A stretch of 64,000 bases of DNA from Planctomycetota bacterium (GTDB taxonomy: Bacteria; Planctomycetota; UBA1135; UBA2386): assembly GCA_045105235.1 (NCBI GenBank), contig JBGCDH010000023.1, forward strand, positions 21,749 through 85,748, given 5' to 3'. The translations under genes and the position numbers were made by a program. Under the pieces are notes generated by a model. The model was not told where the DNA came from. It saw nothing but the letters and a program-made list of their open reading frames with translations, and did no database searches. Positions 60,261 to 64,000 of this stretch are shown here, one piece after another (position 1 is the first letter of the stretch; the number at the start of each line of letters is the position of its first letter).

Positions 60261-60659
60261 TTGGCGCGGCCGACGAAGTTCGCGAAGTTCGCTCCGGCGG
60301 CAAAGAACCGTGCGGCGACGGCGGCACTGCTGGCGGCACTCGCCTCGTGCTCGTCGCTGCCCGACCGCCAGCGGCCGGATCACACCGACTGGACGTTCCG
60401 GGCCAATCTGACTGCCGACGCCGAGGGCCGCATAGCGTTTCCCAGCACCACCGCCGCGTTGGTCGTCGAGCAGGTCGAGCTGCTGCCCGCCCCCGAAGGC
60501 GAGCTGCTGCTGGGCGGCGAGCGCTGGTTTCTCTATCCGGCCGGCACTCGCGTCGACATCCATGCCAGCCTGCGCGTCTACGCCAACAGCGACGGCAGCC
60601 AGCCGACGCTGGAACAGCTGCTCCCCGGCGCAACGGTGATCGCACGCACGCCCCAATAG
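60261..60659 (+). CDS. Hypothetical lipoprotein
   Basis: Lipobox LLAALASC; start uncertain. Confidence 0.55.
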   Translation: MARPTKFAKFAPAAKNRAATAALLAALASCSSLPDRQRPDHTDWTFRANLTADAEGRIAFPSTTAALVVEQVELLPAPEGELLLGGERWFLYPAGTRVDIHASLRVYANSDGSQPTLEQLLPGATVIARTPQ

Positions 60660-60674
60660 GGCTACCTTGCCGCC

Positions 60675-61181
60675 ATGATTGCGCTCCGAATCCGCCCCCG
60701 GATGTTGCTGCGGCCGCTGCCGCTGTTGCTTGCACCGGCGTTGGCCGCCGTGATCGTCGCGACAGGCTGCCAAAACGCGCCGCCGGATCCGAGCGGCAAC
60801 AAGCAGCCAAAAGCCGTCGACGCGTCCGCCAGCAGGGCGCTACAGCTCGCGGCCCACTGGCAGCAGTCGATGGACGAACTCGGCAGCATTTCGACGCAGC
60901 TCGACCGCTGGCTGCTGCGGCGCCCACGCGGCAGCCTGCAGGACGTTGCCGCGCAGGCCCGCCGCGCCGCGGAGCTGGTCCGCGAAGGCTACGGTGCCTA
61001 CGAAGTGGCGCAGGTCGAGCGCTTCGCCGACTACGCCCGCGACGCCGAGCGCTGGCTGCTGCAGATCGCCGTCGAAGCCAAGCAGGGCCACGCCGACATC
61101 GCCGCTGAGCAGCTGCGCAGCGGCCGCGAGCGGCACTGTGTTGCCTGCCACGACGCCGTCGAACGCGCCAGCCGCCGCTAG
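60675..61181 (+). CDS. Lipoprotein with C-terminal CxxCH (cytochrome c'-like four-helix bundle)
   Basis: Lipobox ATGC, helical body, CVACH near the C-terminus; TACCTT-N6-ATG. Confidence 0.75.
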   Translation: MIALRIRPRMLLRPLPLLLAPALAAVIVATGCQNAPPDPSGNKQPKAVDASASRALQLAAHWQQSMDELGSISTQLDRWLLRRPRGSLQDVAAQARRAAELVREGYGAYEVAQVERFADYARDAERWLLQIAVEAKQGHADIAAEQLRSGRERHCVACHDAVERASRR

Positions 61182-61344
61182 TGTAGTGCGTCTGATATAA
61201 GGGGCATTCTGCGGGCACGAAGACGCCCGTCGCGGCGTTGCTGCTCCTCGGCAGGACGTCTGGAACATGCATTCGTCGCAGCGCCTTGCGACGAACGCCC
61301 TCGCATCCCGGATCATACCCCGTCTACCAGATGCACTACACTAG
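61178..61344. mobile_element. Palindromic MITE-like element, copy 2 (167 bp)
   Basis: Terminal inverted repeat CTAGTGTAGTGC(G/A)TCTG, 17 bp with 1 mismatch, extending as an imperfect stem of about 65 bp. Confidence 0.75.
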
Positions 61345-61458
61345 GCAGTGCCCAGCGCCCCCAGCGCCCCCGGGCCGCCGCCGCCGCCGGCCGCCATTCC
61401 ACGAGCGATCCGACCACGAACGATCCGACGACGAGACGGAACCGACCCAGCGAAGCCG

Positions 61459-62421
61459 ATGAGCGACCCAAACCACGCCCCGTCGCCGCGAACCGTTGTC
61501 GATACGACCACCGGGCGCCCGATCCTGATGGCGCCCAAGCGGCAGGGACGGCCCATGCACACCGGCAGCAAGAAGAGCGCCGCGCGCTGCCCGTTTTGTG
61601 CCGGGCATGAGCAAGACACGCCGCCGCAGCTCGATCGAGAGCCCGCGGAGATCTCTCTGCCGCCAGCCCCGAGCTGGCGCGCGCGCGCCTTCGCCAATAA
61701 GTATCCGGCCACCGATTGGCACGACGTCATCGCCGAAGGTGCCGGGCACGCCGAACACCCCTGCGATCTGTCGCTCGACGAAATGCGGGCGGCGGTGCAG
61801 GTCTGGCAGCGCCGGGTCGCCGCCATCGAGCGCGCTCCGGGCGTGGCCACCGCGTTTCTGTTCAAAAACGTCGGCGCCCGGGCCGGGGCTTCGATTGCCC
61901 ACAACCACAGCCAGGTGATCGGCCTCGACCGACTGCCGCCGCGCCTCGAACTCGAGCGGGAACAGCAGCGGCTGGCCAAGAGTTGCTTGATCTGCGCCGC
62001 CCGTGGCCGCGCGGAGCAAGGCGAGCACGTCATCTTCCGCAACGATGCGTTTTGCATCTTTGCGCCCGATCCGCCCAAGCTGCCGTTCGAGAGCTGGCTG
62101 GTGCCCGTTGCCTGTCCAGGCGCCAGCGCCGGCCAGGATTTTCTCACCTGCGACCCCACCGAGCTTGCCGACGCGCTGTGCGCCTGGTTCGCCGGCCTGC
62201 ACGCCGCGCTCGACCGGCCGCCGCTCAATCTGTGGCTGCACCGCATCCCGGCGACACAGCTGGCGGCCGGTGAGACCTTCCACTGGCACTTCGAACTGCA
62301 GCCGCGCACCGGCCAGCTCGCCGGGCTCGAACTCGGCGGCGACATGTATATCAATTCCGTATCGGCAGCCGAAACGGCGCAGCGCCTACGCCACGCCGCT
62401 GGCGGCCGACGCCGAGACTGA
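61459..62421 (+). CDS. GalT-like (HIT superfamily) nucleotidyltransferase
   Basis: AP.R..RP, CPFC.G.E, ANKYP, FKN.G..AGAS..HNHSQ, FHWH.E..PR, AG.ELG. Confidence 0.88.
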   Translation: MSDPNHAPSPRTVVDTTTGRPILMAPKRQGRPMHTGSKKSAARCPFCAGHEQDTPPQLDREPAEISLPPAPSWRARAFANKYPATDWHDVIAEGAGHAEHPCDLSLDEMRAAVQVWQRRVAAIERAPGVATAFLFKNVGARAGASIAHNHSQVIGLDRLPPRLELEREQQRLAKSCLICAARGRAEQGEHVIFRNDAFCIFAPDPPKLPFESWLVPVACPGASAGQDFLTCDPTELADALCAWFAGLHAALDRPPLNLWLHRIPATQLAAGETFHWHFELQPRTGQLAGLELGGDMYINSVSAAETAQRLRHAAGGRRRD

Positions 62422-62508
62422 ATCCCTTTTGCCCGCCGCGGGTTGCATCGCATCGCCAGCTCGCCGACATTCCGGCGCAGCTGAACGCCCTCTCTCTCGC
62501 GTGAAGGA

Positions 62509-64000
62509 ATGACGAACCAACCAAAGCAGCAGTGGGGTTCACGCCTCGGTGTGATCCTCGCAGTGTCCGGCTCCGCAGTCGGTCTCGGCAATTTCCTCCG
62601 CTTCCCCGGGCAGGCGGCCGCCAACGGTGGCGGCGCGTTCATGATCCCCTACATCCTGGCGCTGCTGCTGCTGGGCATCCCTATTGGCTGGGCCGAATGG
62701 ACGATGGGCCGGTACGGCGGCCGCAAGGGCTTCCACTCGGCGCCGGCCATCATCGGCATCTGGTGCAAGGGCGCGATCGGCCGCTTCCTCGGTGGCTTCG
62801 GCGTGCTGATCCCGCTCGGGGTCTACTTCTGGTACGTGCTGGTTGAGACGTGGTGCCTCTACTACGTGCTCGGCTACCTCGGCCTGGTCGACGGCGTCGC
62901 CATCGACCCGACAACCTCGACCGCCGAGCAGAGCGCCGCGTCCAACGGGTTCTTCTCGGACATCCCCGGGGACGCCGCCAACGGCATCCTGTTTACCGGC
63001 GAAGGTGGCATCCACCCGATCGTCTGGACGTTCTTTTGCGTCGCCGCGCTGAACATCTTCTTTGTGTTCCGCGGCATCAGCAAAGGCATCGAAACGGTCT
63101 GCAAGGCGGCGATGCCGATCATGGCCGTGCTCGGCGTGATCATGCTCGTGCGCGTGCTGACGCTCGATGCCAACACGCCCGAAGGCTACACCGAAGAGGT
63201 CACGGTCGGCCACGGCCTCGGCTTCATCTGGAACCCACAGCTCGAAGCCCTCGGCGACTTCAAGACCTGGCTGGCGGCGGCCGGCCAGATCTTCTTCAGC
63301 CTGTCGGTCGGCTTTGGTGTGATCATCAACTACGCCAGCTACATGAAGAAGAGCGACGACGTGGTGCTGTCCGGCATCACCGCGTCGGCGACCAACGAGT
63401 TCTTCGAAGTGGTGCTCGGCGGCCTGATCACGATCACCGCGTCGGTGGTCTTTGTCGGCGTGATGGCGACGATGGAAGGCGCTTCGGGTGGCTCGGTCAG
63501 CCTCGGCTTCAAGACGCTGCCGATGGTCTTCGCCCAGATGCCGGGCGGCACGATCTTCGGGGCGGCGTTCTTCCTGATCCTGTTCTTGGCCGCAATCACC
63601 AGCTCGCTGTCGATGCTGCAGCCGACCAAGGCGTTCTTCGAAGAGAGCCTCGGCATCTCGCGCATGGCGTCGACCACGATGGTCACGCTATGGGGCCTGG
63701 TCGGCAACTTCTTCGTGCTGTGGTACAGCAAGGGCCTGGTCGCACTCGGCACGATCGACTTCTGGGTCGGCACGTTCTTCATCCTGGTCGTCGCCGCCGT
63801 GCAGATCATTGCCTTTGGCTGGATCTTCGGCGTCGACAAGGGCCTCGCCGAAGCCCATGAGGGAGCCAACATGCGCATCCCGCGCATCTTCCGCTTCATC
63901 ATCAAGTATGTGTCGCCGCTGTTCCTGCTGATCGTCATCGTCGGCTTCTGCATCAACAACGTGCCGGAGTATGTCGAGACCCTCTTCGCCGACACCGAAG
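62509..64000 (+). CDS. Sodium-dependent transporter, NSS/SNF family (runs off the window end)
   Basis: MTNQPKQQWGSRLGVILAVSGSAVGLGNFLRFP...GGGAFMIPY...AAGQIFFSLSVGFG; missing from the ORF track because no stop lies in the window. Confidence 0.93.
   Translation, partial: MTNQPKQQWGSRLGVILAVSGSAVGLGNFLRFPGQAAANGGGAFMIPYILALLLLGIPIGWAEWTMGRYGGRKGFHSAPAIIGIWCKGAIGRFLGGFGVLIPLGVYFWYVLVETWCLYYVLGYLGLVDGVAIDPTTSTAEQSAASNGFFSDIPGDAANGILFTGEGGIHPIVWTFFCVAALNIFFVFRGISKGIETVCKAAMPIMAVLGVIMLVRVLTLDANTPEGYTEEVTVGHGLGFIWNPQLEALGDFKTWLAAAGQIFFSLSVGFGVIINYASYMKKSDDVVLSGITASATNEFFEVVLGGLITITASVVFVGVMATMEGASGGSVSLGFKTLPMVFAQMPGGTIFGAAFFLILFLAAITSSLSMLQPTKAFFEESLGISRMASTTMVTLWGLVGNFFVLWYSKGLVALGTIDFWVGTFFILVVAAVQIIAFGWIFGVDKGLAEAHEGANMRIPRIFRFIIKYVSPLFLLIVIVGFCINNVPEYVETLFADTE

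Overview
GC-rich bacterial chromosomal window. It is most likely from an uncultured Planctomycetota lineage; this is inferred from gene content, secreted subtilases with a shared C-terminal domain, the vWA/DUF58/Gld-like cluster and a Gly/Arg-tailed Rho. It holds about 47 CDS. The housekeeping backbone is glgB, smc, nrdR, mnmE, an HI0933 flavoprotein, rplC, rho, clpP, guaBA, pgi, murA, a galT-like gene, and SSS and NSS transporters. Three signalling modules are embedded in it: (i) tusA-dsrE2-dsrE plus a sensor-less hybrid histidine kinase, the best candidate for an undescribed system (sulfur relay coupled to phosphorelay); (ii) a cheW-MCP(Aer2-like PAS)-cheA-cheD-cheB cluster without cheY/cheR; (iii) a two-gene HD-GYP module whose proteins share an N-terminal IYxxxHPRV domain. 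Modules (i) and (iii) each have GCCGATA(A/T) exactly 7 nt before the start codon (sigma28-like, leaderless). Other notable items: rplC outside the S10 operon, followed by a 61-aa basic ORF; a stand-alone ATP-cone gene between nrdR and smc; two tandem subtilases lacking the canonical catalytic-Asp motif; two copies of a palindromic MITE-like element of about 170-220 bp; and pervasive short, diverged tandem duplications in protein loops and intergenic DNA. No rRNA, tRNA, CRISPR array or transposase was recognised. All calls come from motif recognition by eye; no searches were run.
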